Source: Aplysia californica (taxonomy: Eukaryota). Taken from it: a stretch of DNA of 64,000 nucleotides. Below are positions 50,281-63,257 of this stretch, piece by piece (positions within the stretch are counted from its first letter, which is position 1; each line of letters opens with the position of its first letter). Under the pieces are notes generated by a model. It did no database searches. It saw only the letters and a list, made by a program, of their open reading frames with translations, and had not been told where the DNA came from. The position numbers and the translations under genes were made by a program. Location of the stretch: NCBI RefSeq assembly GCF_000002075.1, contig NW_004797517.1, positions 141,737-205,736 of the forward strand. Direction: 5' to 3'.

Positions 50281-52650
50281 GTGAGTCTCAGTTCATTCAT
50301 CTTGCTTCTATATAACACATTATTCTTGTAAATTAACATGACATATATGAAACCTATGCTATTGTTTACAAATATTTATTTCTCTTCAAATATAAAAAAA
50401 TATCAATACTCACCAATGAAATTCTTGTGATCCGTTGTTAAAACAATATAAATATATTCAAGAAAGTGGCAGAATGTTTATTTAAGCTAGGCTAACATGT
50501 GCTCATGGGCAGCGCACTGGCATGATGCTCACCTGACGAATATCATCTCACTTTTGCTGGGTTAGTGAAAGTTTCCAAGCGTCTGTGCTTTCATTGATGC
50601 AAATTGGTCCTAATACTGATTACATATGTGTCACGATGCAGTGGAGTGAGGCACTCGTCAATTTTTGGGCATGTGGAGTTATTGGTATCATCTGAAAGCT
50701 GATTTATTTGTCTTGCTTCCAATGAAATAAATATCCATTTATCTTAAATAGAACTCAAGATATTTGCGATTGAAGTAAGTGAGGTCACCTGGTTTCCGTG
50801 GTGAAATTAGCCAAAGTTTGGAACTCTAATAGCTAAAGATTCTTTGAAAACTGAAAAATGACACATTTTGTGCCTTTAATCAATGTTTTTCAGTAAAATT
50901 CACCTGGAAATGTGTTTTTTATGGACATAAAAGAGATTAAGATAAAAAATAAAATTCAATAAAAAATTCCAAGCTGGCTTAAAGATGCCTGTTACTGTTT
51001 CTCCGATTTCGTTATTTTGACGAGCGCCTGATTCGACCACGCTGCTTCGTATATTAAAAAATATAGAAAAATGGATTATGATTTCAGATATTTATTTTTT
51101 TTATTAGAATATTTCAATAGAATCCGTTTAAAAAAGCCTTTCAAAGTTTTTGATTACGATTTTTATGCACTTTGTGTTAAAATTAGCCCACTAAAAATAT
51201 ATTGAAAGCAACATAAATTTAAGCACTTTTTAACGGACTTAATTACATTATATTTATAATCCATTACGACCGGAGCACCGATGTTTCGAAAACACATGCG
51301 TCGTAGAGATTCCACGATATTTTACGGCGGAAAAACGCTGAAAAGCCAATTCGGTGCCCAACGTGAACCCCAGTAACTCATACTTACTTATTTTATATTT
51401 GTTCGCTCAACGAATGTTTTCACATGAAAGATTAAGGACATAAATTTGTAAACATTTGAATTTTTTTTTACTTTACTGGAATGGGAAGCGAGATGCAAAG
51501 AAGATAATTTTTCTCTTTTTTGCCGCGATCTTCCACAAAGCGACATTTTCACCCAGTATTATGTACCTACTATAACAGAGATATCACGTCAGTCCCAGTG
51601 GTCCATGTTTTACATGGAGCCCACTGTATAGGATAGTGTAGGAGTAAGATATCGAGAAAGTCCTATGGAATATTTTGATATGATATGAGGTGAGGTTCAA
51701 CCATAACGCTAGATTCTATGCTTAATTATAATGGGTTCAACCCTAGACCGAGAATATGAATTAATTATTCTTTGTCCTATTATACCCTGTCATCAAATTC
51801 AGGTTATTAGTTCCACCATACCCAGTGCACACTGCTGATCAAATTCTGTTGAAATTATTCACATTGAGTCGGGCCTAGCAAGATCTTCCTCCATGCCGAG
51901 GCAAAAGCTGCTATTGTGACACAGTTCCGGCTAATTCCAAAGTGACCTTCAAAAACGGTTCGACTCCACTTGAAGTGCAGGACAAGGGGAATAGGAGACA
52001 GATACAAACATCAATTTTACATCAGCCACTTTCCTTTTTTTTTTAGAAAACCCCACTATTACATATGTACAATAAATCTTAATAAATAAAAGTCAAATGT
52101 AAAGTCAATAGAATTCCTCTAAAATTTGGTTCTGAAATGGTGGAACGGCATATTTATTGTGGTTTTTTAATGGAAACATGTTGTGGTTTAAAAAATTACT
52201 TTATATGTCTGTAGCTCGAAACGATATATATATGGGCCGACTTTTTCTCCCTTTCTCCAGGTGCACACATAACTTACTCAACAATGCCCTGGAGGTGATC
52301 ATAGTGATCTCAACAAAAACATTTCTGGTTATTAAATTTAAGATTTTTTAATAAGATTTTGGATTTTGTTGAAATGGATTAGATAAAACTGTTATGTATT
52401 CACGATTGTCTCAAATTTCCACCATTTCATCTTTTAACTGCAGTATCTAAAATGTAATAAAGATATTATAATACAATGAAAGAGCACATTATGCTCATCA
52501 AAGGATCTCAAAATTCCTGGAGAACACTCAAAAAATAAAGTAATGAAAATGAAGCAGTATGAAGGCTTTACTTCAAAGCACATACCTAACTAATGAACGT
52601 TTACTTTCATATTAACTTCATTTCATGAGCAACTCTACTTTCTTTTCCAG

Positions 52651-52741
52651 GGAGAGAATCCGAGCAAAGGATGTAAGTCCCCAAGACAGAGTCTTCATCC
52701 AGCAGCCAGGGCGCCTGACACGATCTATAACAGTCATGTAA
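52651..52741 (+). CDS. CIMAP2: CIMAP2/LEXM last coding exon (QERIRAKDVSPQDRVFIQQPGRLTRSITVM*)
   Basis: Acceptor TTTCTTTTCCAG; phase 2; TAA at 52739-52741; QERI motif. Confidence 0.9.
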
Positions 52742-53453
52742 TGAAGAATCTACTGTCCCGTACCAAAACTAGTCCTTCTCGGCAGGAACAACTGACATCG
52801 CCTGCAGCTGACCTTTTCTCTCCTCTCCATCAATTGTGTTACGACACTGTTATCAGGTGCTCACCAATTTGTCGACGTATATGGAGTTGTTGGAACCATC
52901 TTGAAGCCTGTTTATTTGTCTTGCTATTTGATGAAAAAAATTACCACTATACCTTGAATAGAAGTAGAAGTCGTGATATTTGTGATTGAAAGAGGTTTGG
53001 GTCACCTAGTGTCAGAGGTAAATTAGCAAGAAAATGACTAAAGTTTGGTCACTCCCAAAACATGAGTGTCCTTGAAAACTTGCACATTTTTGGGGGCCAT
53101 TTATCAAAGTTTTGCAGTAAGCAGTAAACTCCACTCAGAAATTTGTTTTTAATGGATGTAAAAGGTAGCCCCCCCTCAAAAAAAAATTTAAAAATTTAAT
53201 CGAATTATTTGCCAACCGGGTGGCAAAATGTCAGTTTCTTTGATTTCATTATATTTTGACGAGCACCTGATTTCTCCACAATGCCACACTATTTCTTTTA
53301 AAAACATTTGTAATTCCTACCAAAAAGAAATAAGATTGACAAAAACAACAACAGTATGAATTAGTATGATTTTTGAGTTGACGCTAGCTCTTTAATTCTT
53401 TCATACCGGTATTTTTTTGTTCTATATACTGGTATATGTTTAAAGTTTGCCAA

Positions 53454-53978
53454 GGGGGCTCTCGTGGCCTTAGAGGATAAGGTTTTCACCTCTCTTTCAA
53501 AGGTCCTGGGTTCGAATCTGGGTAGTGACCGAAAAATTTTGTTCTCTAAAATTGTCTCCTTTCACCTCCTTTCCTGCTCTCTAGCAATAGTCTGTCATCT
53601 GCTTTCATCTCCACTTTCTGCCCCCTACCCCCTCACCTCCTTTGCCCCCTCCTCTGGCGCCTGACTCTTTATACAGCCACTGCTACTCTTTGGCTCCTTC
53701 TTACTGCTGTCTTTCAGCCACACCCCTGATCTTCTGGTAGGAAAGATCTACACCAACCCTTCTCGGACAAGGGCGAAAAATCTCAGAGGACTCGTGTGTA
53801 AGTTATGCATGTTAAAGATCCCTTAGTGGTCTAAAAATAAGAGTAAGCCTAGGCTTCGGCCATCACCCGAGTAAAATTCAAAATTTCCTACCAACTGAAA
53901 AGTTTAGTGTGTCCCGCTCGCTTATATAACCTTCTGCAGTTGCGAGCACCGTAAAACACTTACCTAAAAAAATATTTT
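53454..53978 (+). mobile_element. tRNA-derived SINE (Meta-domain-like core)
   Basis: A-box TGGCCTTAGAGG, B-box GGTTCGAATC; core ...GCATGTTAAAGATCCC; 11-bp TSD AAGTTTGCCAA at 53443-53453 and 53979-53989. Confidence 0.8.
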
Positions 53979-55384
53979 AAGTTTGCCAATGTCCATGTCT
54001 TTTCAAAGAAATAGTCCAAAATCAGTCACACTGCAATGTTATCTCTCCCTCTGTGTCTTGAGTCTTTCATTTTAGATTTTTCTTTCATTGTTTCAACACC
54101 GGTACCTCCTTTATTTAATGTGACGAAATCTCGAGAGGTTTAACTTCTTTTTCAAAACCTCAGGGCTCCTTGTATAACTAATAGTATAAGTTGTTTTTCT
54201 TTCTGTTAATACTCTAAGTTCAGTATTGTGACAGTATTAATATTATTGCCTTTTTTGGTTGCTTTTTGTGTGATGTTTCATTCTTTCAAAATCTCACCTT
54301 TTATATATATATATGTGGGTGTGTGTATGCCTGGAGAAAAGTCCCAGTTGTCGGCAAAGTTGTTCATGAGCAGTTAGTTGAAAAGCTCCAAAAATCTCAC
54401 CTGGTCAAAAATTTTGTTCCATCTGAAAACACACATTTAACCATTTCTTAATTGCAAATTGAAAGGATTTTATAATATTTATAATATTTTATGATTTGAT
54501 AATTTTAAAAATTATTTATGCAACATGTATTTCACCAAAGGTTAAAAATATACTAGAAAACTGGATAAATTAAGCATACTAAAGTTGAAGCCGTTTTTCT
54601 CCAAACGTTGTATTTACACTACCCAGTGTTACAATTGGTGGCATCTTTAAAACTACTCAAGATATTTGAAAAGTTTGAAAATCTGCATGTTATTTTTAGC
54701 ATTGAATTTGCTACCAAAGAGTATACCCTTATATATTTCGAAATCCAAAATTTCCTACAACTGGGACTTTTTTCCAAGCACGCACACATTATATTTGCAC
54801 TGACATTTTTATGACTTATCATGTACAAACATTTGAGGTGTTAAAATTCCTACTCTAATGCTGATTATTAGACAATTATTTGTTTCCTTATAGTGTACAT
54901 TCCCTTTTTTTAAAGGTACATATAAAAACAGCCAAACCTCATTATCTATACTGCTTCCCCCCACCCCTGTTATCCCATTTTTTGCTGACATTCCATTTGT
55001 TTTCTTATTTTTACATTAAAATAGAAACACCACTTCAAAATTAGCAACAATGTGTTTTATTTTTTTGACACTCGAAATTGTAAATCAAACTGCGTCCTTT
55101 AAAAAATGACGCTAGGAGGAAAGGACATTCAGAACGTATTGAATACCTGTCAATTGTAAGCTTTGCTCAGCGAGGAAGTAAAACAGACTATTAAACAATT
55201 TAATGAAATGAAACATTTCTTGAAGATATTTTTCTTGATAAATCAGTTATGTTTAAATCATTATTGTGAACTTGTGTTGAAATTTAATGTATGCAAGGAA
55301 AAATACAGCATAAAACTATAACTCTAGGTATACTGCTCTGAATTTTCATAGGGTGACCTTATTTAGGCCACATATGGTCTATAC

Positions 55385-55855
55385 TCGAAGAAGGGACCAT
55401 CTTGGCGACGGGAGGCACCATAAATCCTACCAAAGCCCTCGCTGCCTTGTGGGTTGTCAGTGGATGACAAAGGCTAGCAGAGAAAACTGTACACAAACCG
55501 GCAGTAGGCAATGGAAAACTACTGTTGTAATATCTCAAGAATAGTCATGGAAAAGTATATTCATTCATCAGATAACAGTGTAAAGGGGTTCATGATCCAG
55601 CTCTGAACTCCCTGCTCGGTAGGGACCGCCACGGGCAGCAGGTGGCGCACGATCGTCATACAGCTACTAGCTGCAAAAATAAGCAACTTAACATAGCCAC
55701 ATGGAATGTGAGAACAATGTACCAGAAAGGCAAATTAGATCATATAGAGCAGGAAATGGACAGGATGAAGCTAAATATGTTAGGTCTATCAGAAGTTAAA
55801 TGGGAGGAGGCAGGCTTGATTAAAAGAGGATCCAAAACAACTGTATACTCAGGAG
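55385..55855 (+). mobile_element. 5' end of an RTE/BovB-like LINE (5'UTR plus start of the APE endonuclease)
   Basis: LNIATWNVRTMYQKGKLD..EMDRMKLNMLGLSEVKW; upstream GGCAATGGAAAACTACTG...CAAGAATAGTCATGGA resembles the recalled RTE 5'UTR motif. Confidence 0.85.
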
Positions 55856-57347
55856 CAGCATTACCTATTACGTTAGATCTAGGCTCTTTGAATTCTAGCC
55901 TACTACTACTGATTCTAGAGGGAATGTAGATTTAACTATCATCTGCACTATTCAAAAACCAAATATCTATGGCAAAATAAAAACAAAACTGTGAATTCTT
56001 TTGTCAGTCAGTACATCCCGCTAGTGTTAATAGCTGAATAATGCAATGGCAAATTGACACGTAAAAATCGCAGTGTGCAGGGGGAGAGTGGGGGCGCTCG
56101 GTCGCTGACCGGTCAATTTGGCTTTTGTATGCATTTTTACAAAAAGCCCTGTTAGCGTTGTGAAAACTTCAACCTATACAGCTTAGGCGCCAAAAGATGC
56201 TGGAATGAATAATACTTCTTGAAGTTTCATAATTTATATGTAATCCTCCTGGTCAAAACCAGTCATATAAAGGAAATTTCAAAATGTTGTTAACATAATT
56301 TCCCAAAACTAGCACCATTTCACTACAACTGGGAAAAAAAAAGAAATCAATAAGACAATATTTGACGAAAATATGGAACTTTTAAGTATACAAGGTGCAG
56401 AAACAATAATTATAGGAGAAAACGGGCTCCAAAATTGATCAACATGTTTCCATAGCAACGGGGGTCTTAGAATAGAGATAGAGATTTGAAATATGTCAGT
56501 TATCGTGGCTAGGCCACTACAACTTAACATTCAGAAAAAAAAGCTTATGGACAAAACAAAATTTAACTAGAATGGTCTTCACGTCAAATGCAACAACGGG
56601 TTAACATTGTAGGCCCTACTAGATCTAGCTACCAGAAACTAAATTTTCAAAGTAGCTATATATGTCAAATTTATCTGTTTCATATGAAAGGCCCGTGTCT
56701 CTTGTGCATTTTGTTATGATTGAGAAGTTATATATACACTTCAGACAAAACTGTGCTATTTGAGAAAGGTGCACCATTTCGAAAGCAGAACGAACTCAGT
56801 TTCGTGAAAAGGGTAGTTTGAGCATATGTGGCCTAAATAAGGTTCCATGGGGGGATAAACCTTATTCTGGCCATATGTGGCCTAAATAGGGGGGGGGGGA
56901 TGTTAACCTTAATCTGACCATATGTGGTAGATGTACATTGTATGCATCAAATTAAAGATAAAGAAAAGTTCTTTTGCATGAAATTAGAATTAATCAGAAC
57001 AAATGTTAAAGAAGTGTATCTCCAGGGTCTTCAAAATACCCATACATGATACAAAAAACCTGGCGAATATGACAATCAATTTGCACCAAAAAAAATCGCC
57101 TATCATTGATAGTTACACATTATAATTACATGTATATGCGTCAAATTAAAGAGAAAGCAAATGTCTATTAGGCCTACATAATATTAAGAAGAGCAGACTA
57201 AACATCAATGCATTCGCCTTTCTAGTCTTCAAAATAACCATCGTATTTCAAACAAAAGTTGGACCTATATTCCTCCATCTTAAATCATTTTTACAAATAT
57301 ATGCACAATTTTGAGGTGCAAGATAGCCTTCATATGGTCGCTTTTAA

Positions 57348-57560
57348 GCACAAGGGGGCTGTCCCGAAAAATGAAGTTCTGAAAAAAATTGAAGGTAAAG
57401 ATTTTGTCCCTTATTCAGTTTCTTTTAGGAGAGTTTTCTCTATAATAACCAAACAAATACACAAATGAAACCAAACTTCTCCTAGGTAGGGCATTGTCCA
57501 CTTTTGGAGTAGGTCAAGATTTCTGGAAACCCCCTGAAATCCGTGTTAGCCCGCTTGTCC
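57348..57560. mobile_element. Small TTAA-flanked (Kolobok-like) MITE
   Basis: TTAA-GCACAAGGGGGCT ... AGCCCGCTTGTCC-TTAA. Confidence 0.6.
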
Positions 57561-58220
57561 TTAAAAGTGACCATATAGATCTATAGAGGTAAACTTACGA
57601 CATGCATGGGAGGGTTTTAGCCACACACAAAAAAAGAAAAAACGTTCTGAAGGAAGGAACATCAAACATAAAAACAAAAAATTCCAAAATCGCAAGTGCA
57701 AAATAACTTGATGGACTTGAGGGAAACTGCTGCTGCCCCCCCCNNNNNNNNNNNNNNNNNNNNNNNNNNNNNNNNNNNNNNNNNNNNNNNNNNNNNNNNN
57801 NNNNNNNNNNNNNNNNNNNNNNNNNNNNNNNNNNNNNNNNNNNNNNNNNNNNNNNNNNNNNNNNNNNNNNNNNNNNNNNNNNNNNNNNNNNNNNNNNNNN
57901 NNNNNNNNNNNNNNNNNNNNNNNNNNNNNNNNNNNNNNNNNNNNNNNNNNNNNNNNNNNNNNNNNNNNNNNNNNNNNNNNNNNNNNNNNNNNNNNNNNNN
58001 NNNNNNNNNNNNNNNNNNNNNNNNNNNNNNNNNNNNNNNNNNNNNNNNNNNNNNNNNNNNNNNNNNNNNNNNNNNNNNNNNNNNNNNNNNNNNNNNNNNN
58101 NNNNNNNNNNNNNNNNNNNNNNNNNNNNNNNNNNNNNNNNNNNNNNNNNNNNNNNNNNNNNNNNNNNNNNNNNNNNNNNNNNNNNNNNNNNNNNNNNNNN
58201 NNNNNNNNNNNNNNNNNNNG

Positions 58221-58299
<79 letters not shown>

Positions 58300-58300
58300 C
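58221..58300. repeat. (TCTA)n microsatellite at a gap edge
   Basis: Directly visible. Confidence 0.95.
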
Positions 58301-60099
58301 TCTATCTCATTATCTCTTTCTGTTCCCACTTCCTCTCTTTACAGTTTTACTGCCAACATTACATTTATCAAGACGCGGTTTTTTTCGTGGTAGGTGATTT
58401 TACATCCCCATCAACACAATAGATCATTTTAGGAGACGCACATCATCATCAACACAATAGATCATTTTAGGAGACGCGCATCATCATCAACCCTGCCCGT
58501 CGGACCTACCCGGACGAAGAGGGATACAACACCCTCGCAGAAATGATTATTATGAAAAGATGTCGAATACGGTACTCTTTATTCTCCTCCTTCAGGAATG
58601 GAACACAGGTCTGCCTGTGAATGCAACATCACGGACCCCAGTCTAGACGGTTTTTAAAAAAACAGCTAAGAAAAACCGTACTGGGTCTGGGTGGGACCAT
58701 TGATTATAAAAATAACATGATAATGCAATCAAAGATTGTCCACTGCGTATTTGATGAGACTGCCCCTCACGTCGAACAAGGAGAATGATGGACAGCGTTT
58801 TCACACCCAACTTTCCACAGACACATGGTCTAGGACTGGTTGGTGAAATGGAGGGACTGAAGAAATATTTTTTGAATTGGTCACTGGAAAAGCATCTTAC
58901 TTTGAGAGAAGGTTTCAGACTGGTGTTTGGTTGACTGCATGTAATGTTTAGTTAGACCTAAGCCTATAATGCGTAACACGTATGAATGCTGTAAAACACA
59001 AGAGAAGGGCTCTTTAGAATTAAAGAATTTAGGCTATCGACATTTTACGGTGCATTCATTACATTGAGTCTGTCTTTCTGGAGAATCTTTGATGCAATGA
59101 GGGCGAAAAGTGTGCGGGGGCACTTAACTGCAGTGACCAATTGAAAATGTAGAAAATCTGCCAGAGACATCACAGAAATCAGATGTAGTCATGCAAGACA
59201 AAGGATTAATTCCGAGTTAACATAAATCTAGTGTCCAATTTGCTTTTGATACACTGCAACTGAGCGTTGCACAACCAAACAAACCCTTTGTCATCCAAAA
59301 CTTGACTCACAGATAAACAATATATGTTTCTTGGTTTACTAGGGTGCCACCGCATTCTGAATAGGCACTATCTTTTTCATTTAAAAAATGTCGATTACTG
59401 CTCAGCTCGCAATACCATCACGAGTACATGTTGTATAAAAGTTGAGGTTGATCAATTGTTTCTTTAATCAAGTGAGAAGGCGAGGATCAAAGAGGACTGA
59501 TTTTATCACCTTCGTGATGAAAAAAAGTTTTTTCTGGGGTGAAACTTAGCGTTCTTAAAACCATCTGGTTGTAATTGGGCCTTGTCACACACAAGCCTTC
59601 ACTTTCAAACCAACACATTTTAAGCTTTTTTTACGAGCTGCACTTCCGGCACGATGTGCGCGGTGATTAAAAAGCAAATAAAATTAAACGCTTATATTTC
59701 TTCAATGTAAGAAATCCACTTGTAACCTCGAAAAAAAATAACGTTTTAAAACGAATTATTTTTTTCTCATAGTCTACTTGGCTGAGATCCCGGCCCCCGA
59801 CGTAGACCTATTGTTACGTTCAGAAAGATAATTGTTTTTAAAAAATCACGGGAAGGCATCCCGTTTCCGCTTAATTCGCGGCACGAGTTTCAACCAGTTT
59901 TTTTGTCAGTCAACCTTACATTTTCCTGTGTCTGGGTCTCAAGAAGACAAAACGGCGAGTAGTATTTTACAACATGTAGGCTTACTTTATTATCAATCCA
60001 AGATCGTTAACTCTTTGGTTGGGTCAAAGTCAATGTATGACTTCTTCTCAAACTCGTAAAAAAAATGTTGTGATAACTGTAAACAAAGGTACAAAACTG

Positions 60100-62833
60100 G
60101 CCCGTAACTGTACGGGGGGAGGGGGGATATGAAATCGGGCTGCTGGAGTAAGGTGGCACATGCAGCAGGACCTTCAGCTGTTGAAACAACGGATTTTGAC
60201 CAAGTGGACGGAAGTAGTGGATTGGCAGCTGCTGCTGATCTATCAGCAGGTGAAGCAACTGAACTTGGCGAGGTGGACAAAAGCGGTGAATTAGTTGCTG
60301 GACAATCATCTGGTGAAATGAGAGAAATTAAACCAACAAGAGAAAGGAAAGCTTTGGCCCTGACTAGCACAGAACAGACTGCACATACTGAACTTGAAGC
60401 CACAGGAAGTGAAGATTTCAGGATTTACTACTTTAAGAAACCATTCTCAGAAGAAGAAAGGTTGTTGTTTTGGAATCACCATCCATGTCAGTAGACTGAT
60501 AATCGAGTTGTGCAAAGATGTTTCATTCCTGAAGACGGTTCTAACAGATGGTCGCCGTCTTACGACAAAGATTCCCATGCACTTCACTGTCTGTCTGCGT
60601 GATTTCTGCCACTTCAGACACACCTGCATTCCTTGAGGGGATGAAAGACTTGCGGCATGTATACTTTCTCGTATTGAATAGCATGAACGTTCGTCTTTAC
60701 TTCTGCAATGTTCTGCATTTCTCACGTGTAGGCGAAGGGCTACTGCGACGAAGTCAGAAAGAAACGGCAAGTGATGAATCGAGTTGTGGGCGTAGTTAAA
60801 CTCAGGCAAAAGGGGACTAAGCCACAGAGGAAGTACGGAAGAGGCAGCCTACACTTTGGACAATGCAGAAATTGACCATGGTACTTTCCTGGAAACTGTT
60901 AAGTTGCAACACAAATACATGTATGATTCATGCACAGCTGATCACCTCTCTCGCGTAGTCCATAGCGGCAAGACACAAAAATTAGCAGGCAAACAGTTCG
61001 AAAGGCAGAGGCTCATTTGATACTTTTTTGTCCAAAACTACTGTGAACTCTATCATTACGGTTATTCGGGATAAGATCCGTTGCTTCATTTCGGAAAAAA
61101 TAACAGACATGTTTGCAGTGGAAATTGACACAACACAGGACATAGTAACTCAGGGCCAGTGCTCCATTGTCGTTCGATATGTGGATAAAATTGGCAACAT
61201 CCAAGAAAGACTTGTGAGTATTGTGAAGTGCGAAGAAAATACCGGCGGTGCTTTTGTGCAGATTGTTTCGGAAGTTATGCCAGGGTTGAATCTTGACCTC
61301 AAAACAATGCGTTGGGAATGCAACTGACGGGGCAGCAAACATGCAGGGACACTGTAGAGGTTTCAGTACTCTGCTTTCAAACAAAGCTCCACTGCAGATC
61401 CATGTTTGGTGCCACGATCATGTGTTGAATCTTGTTGTTTCGGAGGCCACAAGTGCTGTAGTGAACAGTGCATCGCTATTAATTTTGATGAACGACTTTG
61501 CAGTGTGCTTTCGGGAGTCTTATCAGCGGATGAACATCAGAATCTGGAGCAGACACTCGACAACTATGAAGCGTTTAGGAACCATTGATGCTGCCTTGAG
61601 GGAGGCGGAGGAGGGAGGTGTTTGAATTTTTCAACAATCCATCCGAAGCTCTGTTTGTTGAAGTGATCACCAGCTTCAGCGCTATACTTGTTGCTGACAA
61701 CACCCAAACAGCCGTTAAAGCTAAAGTAAGAGGATACATTGATGCTCTACTCAAGTTTGGAACAGTTCTCACCGTGCAAGTGTACCTCCTTTTCTAACCT
61801 AAGTATCTGCAAACCTTGCAATTGGACCTTTTGACTGTATACAAGACGGTGGCGGAGTTGCTGTCAAACACGCATGCCCTCAAGGCGGACTTCGAAGCTT
61901 CTCAAAATGCAGCTGCAAAAGTTTGTTCAGTGGGTGAATGATGCGCTGGAGGAGAGCGGGTCAGATTCGTTCGTGGAAGAGTCGCTTCCCTTGAAACGGC
62001 AAAGACGAAGCAGACGAATGGATGATGAATTCTGTACAGATGAAGCTACACCAACAGCAGACCCAATGAAGAAATATCGTGTTGAAGTGTACAATCGAAT
62101 TGTAGACACCCTTGTTAACAGCATTGAACAAAGATTAAAAGGATCTGCAGCGCCTATATTGTTTGCTGACCTGTCAATTCTTCATCCAAGAGACTTTGGT
62201 GAAGTCCCATCAGAGGCTGGAAGAGCTGCAAAAGTATTTGCAGAGATTTGACGATAACGTCACCGCTGAAGGGTTGCGAACAGAATTGCAAAGCCTTGGA
62301 GAACAAAGGAATCACCGAAGCAGTCAGTTGCAGACCACTATGAGGTGAATGACAGCGATATTGACTGTGAATCAGAACTGAGCACACAAAATGTTTCAAG
62401 TTTCTCTGTTACATGTAGTCCTATCTCGTGCAAAGCTTACCCTCTCTGCTGTTACAAGGTGCTACATGTACTCAACTTGAACCTCTTCACCGATGCTTAG
62501 GCATTGGGGTTGCTTATTACAAGCTACTGCCAACCCTGCTTGTGTCGAAGGTTGTATGCGAACGGTCGTTTTCTGCCCTGAAGAGAATCAAAACCAGTCT
62601 CCGAAGCACAATGACACCAGAACATCTTGAGGCATTTATGCTAATGCAATTGGAAAAGGAGATCTTGACCAAACTGGACAATGAAGACATCATTGCTGCT
62701 GTGGCCGCCAAAAGCAAAGAACTTCGTAGGCATCTACTCTCTTGAGTACATGTATACTCTGGGCTGAGTTCTTGTGCTAATATTGATTTGGTTGTACGAC
62801 ATGTATGTTGTATATCACAAAGTTGCTTATTTA

Positions 62834-62887
<54 letters not shown>

Positions 62888-63257
62888 CACGCACATACAC
62901 AAACACACACACACAAACATTCCTACCTACCTACCTAACCACCTACACACGAACATACATACGTATACACATACACACATACGTAGGCTACATACGTACA
63001 TATACATTATATAGGGCCTACATGTACATACATAGGCCTACATATATGACATACATACATAACGAACACTCACACGCACACACACATATGCACACATTCA
63101 AACACACACAATTTTCATCTGCTTCTGTGCTCTAACTAGTAACATAATGATAGTATGCAGGCTTAGAAACATGTTGGCTTTGCGTGTTTTACTAGGCCTT
63201 AGTGGGCCGGTACGGGTGGCAAATGCCCGGGCCGGTTTTAAGACCCAGTCCGCCCGT
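60100..63257 (+). mobile_element. Decayed hAT (Tip100/ZMYM1-like, DUF4371 plus hATC) transposon; transposase pseudogene about 60129-62745
   Basis: Motifs DHGTFLE, FAVEIDTTQD..QCSIVVRYV, TDGAANMQG, HVWCHDHVLNLV and CERSFSALKRIKTSLRSTM across frameshifted ORFs; right end ...CCCAGTCCGCCC resembles Tip100 TIRs; left TIR not found. Confidence 0.9.
62835..63110. repeat. (CA)n and degenerate TACA-rich simple repeat
   Basis: Directly visible. Confidence 0.95.

Larger units (their letters stand above)
18820..52741 (+). other. CIMAP2: CIMAP2 / LEXM (lymphocyte expansion molecule, C1orf177)-like gene; 10 core coding exons (407 aa) plus a candidate 459-aa cassette exon
   Basis: Spliced product MAEKKFAGAPFGTQTARFDVTGVHP...LGPGTY...GWARQIEVERLAALPH...KLGPGSYEIKDF...PGPGTYG...GPYELYSGDRNKP...HGKFGK...PTER...NPVGAGRY...FLQERIRAK matches recalled LEXM motifs in order. 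All junctions are GT-AG and in frame; total 1224 nt including the stop. Confidence 0.92.

Noticed and set aside
53454-53530. tRNA gene (also the head at 27782)
   Set aside because: A and B boxes are present but there is no proper cloverleaf; each is followed by a SINE body and tail, and this one has a TSD.
57696-58397. Long ORFs spanning N-runs (also near 6.4k, 8.4k, 14.6k and 19.4k)
   Set aside because: Artefacts of assembly gaps and microsatellites.
60129-62745. Functional host ZMYM1/ZBED-like gene
   Set aside because: Multiple frameshifts and stops without compensating splice signals, and a TIR-like right end is retained; it is a dead hAT transposase.
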